Part shown: positions 63,665 to 64,000 of the stretch, one piece after another
Numbering within the stretch: position 1 is the first letter of the stretch
Layout of the letters: every line of letters starts with the position of its first letter
Source: Macrostomum lignano
Lineage: Eukaryota
NCBI GenBank assembly: GCA_002269645.1
Contig: NIVC01001442.1
Span: 122,323-186,322, forward strand
DNA length: 64,000 nt
Direction of reading: 5' to 3'
Position numbers and translations under genes: made by a program
The notes under the pieces: model-generated
Database searches by the model: none
Seen by the model: only the letters and a program-made list of their open reading frames with translations
What the model was told of the DNA's origin: nothing

Positions 63665-64000
63665 GTAGCTGGACTGGTAGATAGGATAGACTGGTAGATA
63701 GAATGGACTGGTAGATAGGCTGGTAGACCAGTCTTCCTTACTGTCTACCCTAGATAGTATAGACTGGTGGATAGGATAGACTGGTGGATAGGATAGACTG
63801 GTAGATAGGATAGACTGGTAGATAGGATAGACTGGTAGATAGGATAGACTGGTAGATAGGATAGACTGGTAGATAGAATGGACTGGTAGATAGAATGGAC
63901 TGGTAGATAGGCTGGTAGACCAGTCTTCCTTACTGTCTACCCTAGATGGTATAGACTGGTGGATAGGATAGACTGATACATAGGATAGATTGGTATAGAC
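63665..64000. repeat. 17-bp minisatellite (CTGGTAGATAGGATAGA)
   Basis: Direct periodicity. Confidence 0.9.

Overview
Metazoan nuclear DNA with spliceosomal GT-AG introns, GC3-rich exons and minisatellite-packed introns. The style is reminiscent of the flatworm Macrostomum, but this is an impression only. Gene order: the 5' part of an Elk-family (KCNH) K+ channel (-, 3 exons, continues left of the window), GILT/IFI30 (+), an orphan TM ORF (-), ELOVL4-like elongase (-, 5 exons, 292 aa), a class I SAM methyltransferase (-, 2 exons), an arginine kinase gene (+), RABL6 (+), and a tRNA-Leu(CAG) antisense inside a RABL6 intron. The main discovery is the arginine kinase gene. A 1080-bp phase-1/phase-1 exon is tandemly repeated so that ordinary splicing gives one polypeptide of about 2,190 aa with six contiguous, nearly identical phosphagen-kinase domains. 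Each repeated intron carries a 24-bp VNTR of different length (about 27/33/18/55/23 units), and several in-frame candidate N-terminal exons exist, one starting MGNLFK (possible myristoylation). Mobile DNA: two RTE-type LINE copies with TSDs (one with a twin-priming-type 5' inversion), a 572-bp mariner-type foldback MITE, a 503-bp element with an 8-bp TSD, a 61-bp micro-element with a 7-bp TSD, and other TIR remnants. Several single-base discrepancies in short homopolymers break four otherwise intact genes and are most likely consensus errors. All analysis was by eye; no searches were run.
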